Below, one piece after another: positions 13,481-26,145 of a stretch of 64,000 bases of DNA (positions are counted from its first letter, which is position 1; each line of letters begins with the position of its first letter). The notes below the pieces were generated by a model, which ran no database searches, was not told the origin of the DNA, and worked only from the letters and a program-made list of their open reading frames with translations. The DNA is from Tubiluchus corallicola. Taxonomy: Eukaryota > Animalia > Priapulida. The position numbers and the translations under genes were made by a program. The stretch lies in NCBI GenBank assembly GCA_030141605.1, contig JAQGDQ010000286.1, forward strand, positions 1-64,000, written 5' to 3'.

Positions 13481-14250
13481 CTGGTCGTTTCAGATCCAGC
13501 TTTACGTGTTAAATACAGCAGTGGTCGTTTCAGATCCAGCTTTACGTGTTAAATACAGTAGTGGTCGTTTCAGATCCAGCTTTACGTGTTAAATACAGCA
13601 GTGGTCGTTTCAGATCCAGCTTTACGTGTTAAATACAGCAGTGGTCGTTTCAGATCATGCTTTACGTGTTAAATACAGTATTGGTCGTTTCAGATCCAGC
13701 TTTGCGTGTTAAATACAGTAGTGGTCGTTTCAGATCCAGCTGTACGTGTTAAATACAGCAGTGGTCGTTTCAGATCCAGCTTTACGTGTTAAATACAGCA
13801 GTGGTCGTTTGAGATCCAGCTTTACGTGTTAAATACAGTAGTGGTCGTTTCAGATCCAGCTTTACGTGTTAAATACAGTAGTGGTCGTTTGAGATCCAGC
13901 TTTACGTGTTAAATACAGTAGTGGTCCTTTCAGATCCAGCTTTACGTGTTAAATACAGTTGTGGTCGTTTCAGATCCAGCTTTACGTGTTAAATACAGTA
14001 GTGGTCGTTTCAGATCCAGCTTTACGTGTTAAATACAGTAGTGGTGGTTTTAGATCCAGCTTTACGTGTTAAATACAGTAATGGTCGTTTCAGATCCAGC
14101 TTTGCGTGGTAAATACAGTAGTGGTCGTTTCAGATCCAGCTTTACGTGTTAAATACAGTAGTGGTCGTTTCAGATCCACTTTACGTGTTAAATACAGTAG
14201 TGGTCGTTTCAGATCCAGCTTTACCTGCTAAATACAGTAGCGGTCGTTTC
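13481..14250. repeat. 40-bp minisatellite, about 19 copies
   Basis: Unit GTGGTCGTTTCAGATCCAGCTTTACGTGTTAAATACAG(T/C)A, head-to-tail with no spacers. Confidence 0.98.
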
Positions 14251-16305
14251 TGCAAAAATCTCTGACAAATGGCACCACAGAAGCGATGCAAACATTCTAA
14301 ACAAATTCTAGCAAAAAATCAATATTATAATCAAAACTAAAAGTTCGCTAATGTAGCTTCTATCTTCAAAAATGTGGTTAATAATTATCTGTGCGCTGCT
14401 ACACAGACCTGACTGTATCTTCAGACAGAACAGAAAACAGACGGAGGGTAGAGCAAAGAGGTTTTTCAGAACTGCTGAATGTTGTTCTTTCCTTGGTGAA
14501 TAAACAATGACAATTGTGTGGAATCCAAACTCAGACACATGAATTCGCTGCCTCTCTTACGTGTATCTTTTCATGCAAACATCGCAAGTCACAGCTGAAG
14601 ACGTAGTTCAGTGTAGAAGCTGTCACGTAGTCAAAATTTTGACTTTTTTTACAAAAAACTCATTGTAAAATTTTGAAATGAATCAAAATAAAAATGTCGA
14701 ATTCATGCCAAGTGTTCACAACGTGAACGAATTGTAGGAGTTTTATTTATTGTATTTTACGGAATTTGTGTTCAATTGTTTACGGAAGATTAAATGTTTC
14801 ATGAAATTTTAAATTTTAAAATTTAAATTAGTAAATACCTTGGCATAAGATACACAAAATAACTTACAATTTTATGTAAAATGTGGCATAAAATTGGCAT
14901 CTTCTGTCAAAACACAATTGATTAAAAATTCTTTAGCAGCAGGAAGTTTAAAGGTTGGAAAATTAAAATTTTATTTATAATTTAATTTATTTGGTCATAC
15001 ATATATGTACGATATTTTTGCACCTGCTTAAATACGTTTACAACATGAATTTGCCCAAAGAGAAATTTAAAAAAAAATATTAAGGTTTCGTCATATCTGT
15101 ACAATTTATTCATTTATTTGTTTATTTATTAGTGTTGCAGAACGACACCGCATAGTGGCGCTTTTAAACAAATCACGGCGTCATAATTTCTTATACCTGA
15201 ATAAAGTATCATTTCCTTTTTTATAAAAACAGAAATATTTCACTGCATTTGACTATAATACAACCATTGCTTCACGCTGTGCATAACGATTCAGACGTGT
15301 TTGTTTACTTTGCGCCAAATTATATTGAGATTACCATTATTATTCCAATGAAACATTCACAACCCCCCTCCCTCCGCGTTGCCTCCTAGCTTTATTTGGT
15401 AGGCGGCAGACGCGTAATATCCACAACTGAACTGAACAACGGCTGAGATTTGATACAAAATGGCCGAGAAAACTTCCTCTGTGCCATAAAATTGGAGAAT
15501 TATGCAGCACTGTAACCTGCTATACGCTTGCAGTGCTACATAATTCTTTTAATGTAATGACATTGAGATTTTCCGTCTGTTGCATTTGTCAAATTCTCAA
15601 AAGCGTTTAAATAAACATTTTATATTATTTTAATAACGCAATGCGTAGCATCATGCAAGTAAAAAATTGAAATTTGTTACGAAAAATTATTTAAAGACAT
15701 TTACACTGCGCCAGTAATAGGTAATGAACAAAAGCCGTCACCGTATACACAAAAATAAAGGTCCTTTCACATGCATTGATTATGATGTCATTTACGAGTG
15801 TTGCAAAAAATGTCCATGTTTAGGAATACCGTTCACGGCAAACTGTAGAGGAACCATGTCTTCTAGTTTAACGTTCAAGTTCCAATTAAACAAAAAAAAT
15901 TAATAATGAAATTGATTTATTTATACTGTTTGTATCAAACAATGTAAGTTGACACTCTCAAGGTAATGTGATTCTATGAATGTAGGTTCAGTCAAATTCA
16001 AACGGACTTGCTTTAAGATTGCTTTATTATTGCTTTGTTCATTGCCAGCACAACAATCATTGAATGAGTACGGATGATTGTGTTCGTGTTTTCATAACGT
16101 TTGGCGCCTAAACTGCTATTATCTCCCAATGTTGTGCAAAATGATGAGCAGAAATTATCAAACAGCAAAATATGTAAGCTTCTGCACAGCATAGCGTAGC
16201 ATAGCATACGAAAGCATAGCATAGCATAGGAAATGGTCTGTTCTATCAGTAACTAATCACTCTTGTTTGCAAAACTATTTTTGTCAACTCTAAACTTAAT
16301 GTCGA

Positions 16306-16922
16306 AGCAAAGCGGACCTAATCTTAAACTGAGGGTCAAAACAATCTACTCTTTAAAATATTGAAAGCAAACATACTATTTTTTCAAAAATGACTTACGT
16401 GAAAGAATTATTACCACACAAACACAATTTCACGTTTGCACCACTAGTTCTTCACTGTTACATGCCTTTCGCCATTCGCTAGTTAGACGGGCACTAGTGG
16501 TTGTATTTCGAAACGCGTTGCACAAAGAATAGGTGCCGTACCTGTCAGTTCAGATATGTTAGCTTATGACGAACTACACACGTTCGACAGCTCATGCGCG
16601 AGCACAGCGCTAAATTTGAAATTTGAACTTTTATCTTAAAACTTGCCTAGTTTTAGCACAACACACGGAATATCTTACAGTAACACTGTACGTCAATTTA
16701 CACCTCCGCAAACACGTGCAACACGCTCGCGGAATAGTTTTGCTGTTGAAAATTATGTTCGTTTGTGATGTCATCAATAGCTGGGCTCGCACGGCGTTAA
16801 TTAAGTTTCTAATCTATTATTTAATTATCAGAAACGCTTTTGCAGTATTAATTGTGTTAAAATGTATACTTTTTATCACACTTGAAAATGGGATAGTATA
16901 TGAAAAATCATCCTGTCTTCCT
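16306..16922 (+). mobile_element. Non-autonomous Kolobok-type DNA transposon, family A
   Basis: Full-length homologue of 60320-60918; termini AG...CT, flanked by TCGA (degenerate) and TTAA. Confidence 0.8.
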
Positions 16923-17867
16923 TTAATTATGAAAAATACTTACGGCATAAAGGAATTACAAAAGCAGACAAAAATTCAAAGCCAAAACCCGATAGTCTAT
17001 TTGTTTCGCGTTCATTATGCTTATATATATATATATATAAGACCAATTTTACCCCTGATTTATGTTTACCTCTATTGCCTCTATTACCCCAATTACCCCT
17101 AACTTGGGATAAAATGTACGCTGAAGTCTCTATTAATTGGCTATGTATGGAAATTTAAATTGCAAATTTACTCTGAATGGAGAAAGATTGCTAAAACTTG
17201 ACGTGTTTATTTACATGACCAATTTTACCCCAAAAACGTAACTGCCCCGCTTACCCCTACTCCATTCAAATCCATTCTGGCTGGTTCCGTATGCAAACAA
17301 AAATTGAAACTCGCATAGAAAATTGCGCCAGGCTGGTTGATTGTAAGTGGTATAAGAAAGCACCACCTAGCGTGAATGCAAGTACGCCATTAGTAATTTG
17401 GAATAATTTAGCAGAGTCCAATTTCACTTCAGGTTCAAACTAGAGTGCTGACCTGCGCATCTATTATAAAGCAGCTCTATCAAGGCGAAATGGACGAAAT
17501 GTTTCTTCTGAATGGCAAAAATACCGAACCGGGCATGAATACCTGTGCGCTTTTCAAGGGAGAGTTGGGCCAGGAATAAACAGAGATGCTTTGTATGGGT
17601 CTTGCTAACAATAAGTACGCATTCACGCTGTATGCCAAGAGAGAGAAATTTTCAACCTAAACTTCAACAATACCTCGCTTTCCTGCCCCTTTATTTTTAT
17701 CGAGCGTATTTATCTACTACATAGTTTCAAAGACTATGAGCACAGAAGTTCTCTTTTCAGCAGAGAAGTCATTTGAGCTAGAAACTTCCTCGTCAAATTT
17801 CGAAATTGTTTATTTACAACGTTACCAGGTCGAAACACGATTTGACAAATCTTGTACAGACCAAGAG

Positions 17868-18307
17868 GAATTCTTCTACAGTTTTAAGAATATTTAGGTG
17901 AACAAATCTGAGAATTCTTCTACAGTTTTAAGAATATTTAGGTGAACAAATCTGAGAATTCTTCTACAATTTTAAGAATCTTTAGGTGAACAAATCTGAG
18001 AATACTTCTACAATTTTAAGAACCTTTAAGTGAACAAATCTGAGAATTCTTTTACAGTTTTAAGAATCTTTATGTGAACAAAGTTAAGAATACGTTTATA
18101 GTTTTAAGAATATTTAGATGAACAAATCTGAGAATACTTCTACAGTTTTAAGAATCTTTAGGTGAACAAATTTGAGCAAACTTCTATAGTTTTAAGAATA
18201 TTTAGGTGGACAAATCTGAGAATTTTTCTACAGTTTCAGTAATGTTTAGGTGAACAAATCTGAGAATACTTCTATAGTTTTAAAAATGTTTAGGTGAACA
18301 AATTTGA
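17868..18307. repeat. 44-bp minisatellite, about 10 copies
   Basis: Unit GAATTCTTCTACAGTTTTAAGAATATTTAGGTGAACAAATCTGA with variants. Confidence 0.95.
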
Positions 18308-19194
18308 TTGTTCGTTTTTATTCAACAGTCTTCTAATAAAAATGTTGCGTGAATCCAACATAGCAGATTTGCCGTTACAACATAACAGTCATTTTTATTG
18401 TAAAAACAATAACTACGGAAAACAAAGAGACTTTTCGTATATTTCAAAATTGAATTGGTATGTATGTCGTGTTTTTTCTCTTGTATGTATTTTCGACACT
18501 AATAAAAAAAATAAATAAACAAACAAATAAACAAATAGATCGAAAACTGTTAAAAAAAGATATTTTTCTGGCGTTTGCGTTAATAAAATAATAATATGAA
18601 TAAAAGCAATGTTAATTTATTAACTCATTTGATCTACAATGTTAATTCATTAACTCGTTAATAAACATTAATCTACAACCACGCCCAAATAATAGGCAAT
18701 AATATTACATATAAACATAAACTACTATTTGCTACCACAAGAGCCCTTTTCGTGTTTATAAAGTCATTTTTGGGAAAATGCAATCATCAGGTAAATGATT
18801 GCAGGTGTGAAAGAAAAATTCTCTAACCTTGCCAGTTGGTCTATGTAAATAAAGTTTGTCATTAATGTAGCAATTACTGGGCCAATTTGCCCTGCTGCAA
18901 GCGTGCATTTTTTCACAGTAACAGTTTCAACAGTTCTCACAGTTACGCTACCAATGTCTTCACAGATACAACAGTTCAGATTGGTTATTTGAATAGATAT
19001 TTGCGTCTAGTTGCTAAGATTGCTTCTCTATGTTACATACATCGCTGCATAAATTCGTTATTCTAAGCGAGATAGTCACTTGAAGAAAAAAAATGTCAGA
19101 TGATTACGGTGTGATTGTTTTTTTCGAATTTAGTCTTTCGTTTTAGAAATATTTGAAACAAATCGAACCGAATGTGAGTGGAAAAATAAATATA

Positions 19195-19465
19195 TTCTTT
19201 ATTACAGGCACTTAAAAACGTTTATAGTTAAAAATTTTATTAAAACTGTTAATTTACATAGTTAGAAATCATGTCAAACGTTTCGATAGCGCTACTGCAG
19301 TCATCGTCAGTGGAAAATTTTTACAAACATACGTATATAAACTGGTTGAAAGTTTGTAAAAATTTTCCACCGATGTTGACTGCTGTGGCTCTGTCGAAAC
19401 GTTTGGCGTGACTTTTAACTATGTAAATTGAAAGTCTTAATAAAGTTGTGCTGTTTTAACTATAG
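19195..19465. mobile_element. Penelope-like inverted pseudo-LTR pair with minimal hammerhead motifs (family H1)
   Basis: Foldback centred near 19340. Minus arm: CCA-CTGACGA-TGAC..ATC-GAAA-CGTT-TGA (19274-19313). Plus arm, degenerate: CCA-CCGATGT-TGAC..GTC-GAAA-CGTT-TGG (19367-19406). An AATAAA follows the motif in each arm. Homologous to the 44.0-45.2 kb locus. Confidence 0.75.
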
Positions 19466-19837
19466 ATATAAAATATTAAGACAAAGAATCAACACGTAGA
19501 ACAAAATTCATATTTAAAAACACCACTGGTAGGGTGTGATAATTGTGAGTACAAAAGCGTAGGTCTACCGAATCATATGTACATAAGTTTTAGTATTGAT
19601 AAGCTTTCGCAAATATATAAATAAATTATGAAACATAGAATTTGCGCTGTAAACAAACACGTAAACAAATCTGTCGAAATGCTTCTCTATAAAATGCTTC
19701 TTTAGTCTAAAGTAAATAAAAAACTAAGAATTCTCGTATTATGTGATGATTACAATATAACTTATATAAGCCTTACTTATGTGTATAGTTTGTCTCTGGT
19801 CTTTTTGGCTATAGCTTTTTATAGATGCACGGCTACA

Positions 19838-19839
19838 AC

Positions 19840-19873
<34 letters not shown>

Positions 19874-19911
19874 GTAATAATAATAATAAAAATAATAATA
19901 ATAAAAATAAT

Positions 19912-19956
<45 letters not shown>

Positions 19957-19987
19957 AATAATAATAATAATCATCATCATAATAATC
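19838..19987. repeat. (AAT)n/(AAC)n microsatellite
   Basis: Direct reading. Confidence 0.95.
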
Positions 19988-21365
19988 GTACATCAATTCT
20001 TTGTTTATACAAGCAAATTTACAGGACTTGTTAGCGATATTAGAAAACTTTAACAAATATATATTTAATGCAATGAAACATCCTTTAAAAGGACTGATTA
20101 TTCTTGAGCTTAGGCCTAGTAGGTAACTTATTGAAACATAAGCGTAGTTTGTACTTTGTGTCACATTTTACGTGTGAAAGAGTTACTACAGAAAAATGTA
20201 CATTACTCAAGCGTGATGAATGTTTCAAGGATTGCTAAAACCCACATAAGCCACGGTACTTATTTAAATTATTTAATTTATTTAATTATTTAAAATTTGA
20301 GCAGCGCGGAAAATGATATTATCACGTTTAAGGTTGCAGACAAATTTGATTAACATGTTTTGTGTTGTACGGTTTATAATTACCACCAACACGGCGCATA
20401 AATAATTACTCATTTATAGCCATTACAATTATATTACATCACTCCCCCTGGGCTCGCCTGCGCTCAGTAATAATATTTAACCGCTCAATTTATTCTGTTA
20501 GCTGTTCAATAGCAATTAAAGCATCTATTTAGCAAAACACTGATTGAGCAGCTACTGAACGGTAGCGGTAATTTTCGTTTGGTATCACAGCTGACTTTAC
20601 CTTGGATGAACGCGCCTCGAAATGACTAGAGTTTGGAGTGGATAGCTACAGTGGAACTTTAACAAAATACCGAGTTTGTATAGATGAGGAATGCAGATAA
20701 TTTGATCAAATTAAATCAAAGTTGAATGAATGATATAAACTCAATTGCGAAGACGTACAGTCTGGTAAGATTCGAGTAAGATTAGATCTTGCGCACTGTA
20801 GCAAGTTAAAAGAATTTTATGTGAGTCAAACGCGCTAGTGAGATTTGACGAACAGACGTGAATAACCGTGTCAAAATAATGAATCAAGTGCTCACCAAAT
20901 TAAGCGAAAAAGAAGAAATTCGGCGACAATAAAAACATAAATATTTCCAGACGTCAAGCTGCCATATTGTAGAAGATAGATACTTTCACAAGTTACTGTT
21001 AATCATACTTTAAGTTTATTTCATACGAAATAAAAAGTAAATAATATACACTACTTACTACGTACGCATATAAATGTGTGTACTTGTTTGCGTATATAAA
21101 TATATATGTTGCTTGTCTACGTATATAAATATATACGTACATATACAAACATATACATCATATAAAAACATGCGTTTACTTGTTTTAATGTTTATTGCAT
21201 ATTTTTATATGATGTATGTCTTTGTATGTATATATTTTAATTGTTTTAATTTGGTGTGAACTAAACCTAAACTTAAACTTACAGTATTGATCAGTTAATT
21301 ACTCATTAAAGTTAATTTATTACTATTTTAACTCTTTCAGTTTAAAGTCATATTAGTTAACAATA

Positions 21366-21686
21366 TTAGTTTATGTATATTCGACGCTTAAGCTTAGAAA
21401 CCAAGTCGCCGTTTTCTCTGAAGTTCCACGCGTTCTGATTGTTTGCTACTTTTGAAATTCTATCACTCATGAAACAGTTTGAGCAATATTATTTGTAGTT
21501 TTAATTATCTCAACCTATTATGATATATGTTAATATGATAGAGATAATTAAAACTACAAAAAAGATTGCTCAAACTGTTTCATGAGTGATAGAAATTCAA
21601 AATTAGCAAACAATTACAATGCGTGGAACTTCAGAGAAAACGACGACTTGGTTCCTAAGCTTGAGCGTCGAATATGCATAAACTAA
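21366..21686. mobile_element. Foldback (palindromic) MITE
   Basis: About 145-bp inverted arms, e.g. CTATCACTCATGAAACAGTTTGAGCAAT vs ATTGCTCAAACTGTTTCATGAGTGATAG, around a ~30-bp AT-rich loop. Confidence 0.85.
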
Positions 21687-21840
21687 GATTATACATACAA
21701 TGAAAATTATCTTATAGCAAGGATAAAATTTGATTACAGATCTGTATTATTCCTAATATTTGACTCAAAATTTAATAAGATGACTCAAATATAATTAAAA
21801 GTTATAAAGCACAATTAATAAAAAGTGAATAGCATTTAGG

Positions 21841-22007
21841 AGATGTTTTGTAAATGTAGAAAAACTTGGTAATTTAAAATCTCTCTTACCTTAAAAATGT
21901 TTTTCAAAAATATGAAAACTTGGTAATTTAAAACCTGTCTAACCTTAAAGATGTTTTTCAAAAATAGGGAAACTTGGTAATTTAGAATCTCTCTTACCTT
22001 GAAGATG
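21841..22007. repeat. 54-bp tandem repeat, 3 copies
   Basis: AAACTTGGTAATTTA at 21862, 21916 and 21970. Confidence 0.9.
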
Positions 22008-22177
22008 CCCCGATAAACTCGCAGAAATTTTATTATCAGTTCACAAACAGGTCGATAAGCTGACGACTAAATGACTCGATTCACACAAATAACCAATTTG
22101 CAAGAAATTCATACAATAAGCTATAAGATTATCTGAAGATTATCCCCTTGGTAAGAAAGGAACAGACTGATCCAACG

Positions 22178-22718
22178 TGTTGTAGAGTTCTGCCCGATAT
22201 CCGACGTACATTCTCTTAGCAGATGAAGACATGGTAACTCGGAGAAGTCACGCGCAACCAGCGGCGACCAATCAGAGGGAACCTGTGCCTGTTCCAAATA
22301 ACGCCAGAGATGCCAGCGTTAGCCCCATGCATGAATCGGGCTCATTTTGGGATGAAAAGAGGCGAGTTACTCTTTCCTTGAACTCATTAACTCCGGGAGC
22401 TGTCCTGTTGTTCTGATACAGTAGACCACTGATTGCTATATTGCTTTTATCAGTCACAGGTGTTATATTACAGGTGAGCCATACCTGTAACCAGGTGCCC
22501 ATACCTTCATGCATGTTCTTTTGTAATAAGTGTTGTTTCAATGTATTTGTTAAGACTGCGTTTAAGAACAGTTTCGTTCTCTTTTGTTTTTGAGACAGGC
22601 TTCGAATTTTTTACACTTGCTGTATACATTTTGTTATTATGTTAATTTAACGCACCCCTGATAACTATATTAATAAAATCCTTGCCACGTTTAAAATTGT
22701 TTGTAAACAATAACAACA
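22178..22718 (+). mobile_element. Candidate solo LTR (BEL/Pao-like)
   Basis: TGTTGT...ACAACA termini, CCAAT near 22268, internal splice-donor-like CAGGTGAG, AATAAA about 45 bp from the 3' end. No matching TSD seen. Confidence 0.45.
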
Positions 22719-23480
22719 TGTACAAGCTCGTAAATATGAAAAACAACTTATATTTTAAAATCAAAAAGACATGTTAAGATACTCCGTAGTGTTTAGATAT
22801 AATTTTAAGACAAACTACAATTCTTTCATCATTACAAAGCATGTCAATTAATGCATTTAAAGTTAAAGGACCGGCATTATTGTATTTTTGTAAAAATAAA
22901 CTAGCATCACGGAAAAAAGAGAATTCGTAAAATTTAATTGATTCATAATTGTAAAATATGTTTGGCGGGTTTGTTATTTTCAATGTTTGGTAAATGTTCA
23001 GGATTTTTCTACATTTTTATTTTTATTTATTTATTTTACAGAGCTCAATTAGGGGAAATATTAAGCCAACTACCTACAGTAGTTTTAGCTGACTGTATCA
23101 CAAAAACGCAGACCAAATAAGGAGTTAATATGCTTAACCTTCTTCATTCGACCAAAACTTACTTTGGCTCGTTGAGTGGTAAATGCCACCTGACTATACT
23201 ACTGCTGGACACTTGACCTTAAGAGAGGGTTAGCCACTGGTCACTCTTGAGAGACGGGGCAGAAGTGGAGTGTCCAGTGTTTAATTATACTGTAGTGTTA
23301 AGAGCATAATTGCACCAAGATTATTATAGCTCCATAAATTACAGTGAGACGATATTTGTCTGTCTGTAATTTGTTCCAACATCGGCGTAGAATAGTTAGT
23401 ATAACTAACATAATTATTAGCAACAAGGTAAATATATAACTGTTTGTTATGATATTTTGTTTTCGTTGTTTTTGACGAGG

Positions 23481-23690
23481 ATGTTGTTGTTGTTGTTGTA
23501 GTTGTTGCTGCTGCTGTTGTTGTTATTGTTGTTGTTGTTGCTGCTGCTGCTGTTGTTGTTGCTGCTGTTGTTATTGTTGTTGTTGTTGTTGTTTTTGCTG
23601 CTGTTGCTGATGCTACTGCTGTTGTTGTTGTTGCTGTTGTTGTTGTTGTTATTGCCGTCGTCGTCATCGTCGTCGTTGTTGTTGTTGTAA
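23481..23690. repeat. (GTT/GCT/GTC)n microsatellite
   Basis: Direct reading. Confidence 0.95.
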
Positions 23691-23761
23691 TAATTCTTTC
23701 TATTATTATCATGACTTCGTTTAAGAAAATGAGAAGATAGCGTTCAAGAAACTATTTTATT

Positions 23762-25003
23762 CAAGAATATTCTGTTCGTCCATCGTAGACAGCAAAATTT
23801 TGAAAGTCGGATTTCCCAGGGGGCGCACTCTTCGGACCGCTACTGTTTGCCGGATATTTAATCTACAGTTATGCACGTTACGTAGGCCTGTATTTATACG
23901 CGTACACTCATTACCATCTCAATACAGTGTATGTTTACATTTCATTCTTTAATGTAATTTAACGCTTCTCCGTCTGTATGCTAAAGAATTGAGCTTTTAT
24001 GAAACGTGGGCCTAATACGTCGACCCGTAGAAAACTTTCTGATGTTTTGTTACATTTAACTATGTTTTGTATGTACAGCAATCTGACGTCATGCATTACA
24101 ATGCTGTGCTTGCAAAAAGTCGTCTTAAAATAATATAACATGCAATTCAGGCTGGACAAAAACTTAAAGTAACAAGCTAGTAAGTGCTACGTTGGCTTTG
24201 TTGATGTTTCTTGTTCAAATAAGTCAGATAAAATAATAAATGACGTGTAACTATTTATCTGTATTGTTTATTTTTTCGGTTGCCGCAACTGATGGGCCAT
24301 TGAGTTTGAAAAATTGCGCGTAATGTGTTTTATCTGTTGGCTAATTCGAGTTTTTTGGTCGAACGGTTCGTGAAATTGATGCAAAGAGTTGCTTGACAGT
24401 ATTTGTCGATATTGTTGTGTTGCAAGTCTGACTCGAAGCTTTGTTTGCTCCAGTAGATTTTTTTGGTATTTGTTATAAAATTTCTTTGAAGTCGTTAAAA
24501 TCAGGAACTGACCCCAACACTTACATCTTTCATTAGTTTTATTATCAGTCATTCTATTTTGTACTTAACATCAACATCAAATACGTCATAAACAACTTGT
24601 ACCACCTTTTCGCACACCTGCTATTTAAAAAAAACAATTTACAACCCTTCTCAATTTCGCTCTCACTTAATGAATAACTAACAGTTCTTATAATCTAACT
24701 TATAAATGACGTATCTATTCACTGAAATGCTTTTATATAAGTCATATCTGTTAGCCAATCAGCATTTGATTAATTACCCATTGTTTTTTGTTATAAATGT
24801 ACTTATGATTGTTTTGCTTTCTATCAAATAAAAATATTGTTTAAACTATCAGAAAAAAATATATAGCTAATTTGGTTTAACGAATTTTATTTCATAACAT
24901 TTTTGGTCAAGAAAATATTGTTCGTTCATCGCAGACAGCTAATTTTTGAAAATTAGTCCCACAGGGCGCACTCTTTGGACCGCTACTGTGTCCGAAATTT
25001 TTA
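23762..25003 (+). repeat. Pair of ~95-bp diverged direct repeats 1.15 kb apart
   Basis: TGTTCGT(C/T)CATCG(T/C)AGACAGC...GGGCGCACTCTT(C/T)GGACCGCTACTGT at ~23762-23862 and ~24910-25003. Confidence 0.8.
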
Positions 25004-25460
25004 AACAATCGTCAAGAATTAGCAAAATCTCTTATACGTTAGCTGCGCTGCTTGGAATACATAAACCTTTTGTATTTTAATTTTTAGCATTGATCTAGTT
25101 AGACCTGCCCTAACTGGTAATGATATACGACTATTGTTAATTCTTTCAAATAATAGTATAACTTATTAGCTTTATATTATTAACTTTGTTAAAATGAAAG
25201 TAAATTTTACTAAAAACAATTAATTCGCTATATAAGGAATAGGAAATGCGGTGTCAATTTAACGTTTGTCAAATCCCTCCAACAACTTCAGTACAGAAGA
25301 GCATGCAGCTGCATTTAAAAGCTACTTGATGAGCTGCGTATCTGATTAGTGAGTTGCATATCTGATTAGTGGACTCAGTGACTAATTCCCTGAAAACAAA
25401 CGAGTTTTTAATGAACAGTCAGTGGTGCTAATTAATTAAGAAGGGTTGTCACATGATAAT

Positions 25461-26006
25461 TGTCACGGCCGTACTGAGCACAGGGGTGGGGGACAAGGAT
25501 ATTATCATCCTCTAAACTGTCCAGTCATTATCGTATTGACAATGTGTATGCTGCCAAGCAGGGAGGCCGCAGGCTTAGACCACTCTGGCTTACAAATCGG
25601 CGTTCTTCAATCAGGAAAGGAACAGAATACACAACTAAGCTCGGTTTTGTTTTACCCCAGAACTAGGGTATACCGAAGACCGGTCGGCGAGTGGAGAGCA
25701 GTGAGTGTGTGTTTGCACCCTGCAAGGGGATACGTTTAGTCAATGCGCCCCCTGTTGGGAACACTAGCCTTTTACCGGCCCCGTCCCACGAGCGGGTCTC
25801 TAATCATTTAGGCGTTATTAAGAGCAAAGCGGTGCGCCTTTACCGCGGGAATTGTTTACCCAATACATAAACTGTACGAACAGGGGGATAAAGTTACGAG
25901 GAAGCAGAGGGTCTAGCGAGTAACGAATAGGGGAAGCAAATTACTGCTAATTATGTAAATTATCGTAAAGCTGGGAAAGAGTAGTTTTTCCTCCCAAGGT
26001 GTAACG
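25461..26006. mobile_element. Candidate solo LTR (Gypsy-like)
   Basis: Sharply bounded GC-richer block starting TGTCAC and ending GTAACG (one change from GTAACA); flanks TAAT/TTAT are a 3/4 match to a 4-bp TSD. Confidence 0.55.
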
Positions 26007-26145
26007 TTATATATAATCTCTTAACGCTGTTTCATATAATATTTACAATGATCTAAAGAATATATAATATGTATAATATATAACAGAGCAAGTCTTTTAA
26101 TGCAGACAGGATCCACATTTCGGCTTGCATACAAGTAATACTCAA

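Noticed and set aside
13481-14250. CRISPR-like regular array (also 17868-18307)
   Set aside because: Units are contiguous with no unique spacers, there are no cas genes and the context is eukaryotic.
16623-17102. Recurrent LLKIMFVCDVINS peptide (also 50595-50831 and 60638-60892) suggesting a gene family
   Set aside because: These are translations of the same MITE. Other copies have stops or frameshifts there, and there is no transposase motif.
22131-22175. CTGAAGA-TTATC..GGTAA-GAAA hammerhead-like core
   Set aside because: No helix I/III or NUH site could be built on either side.
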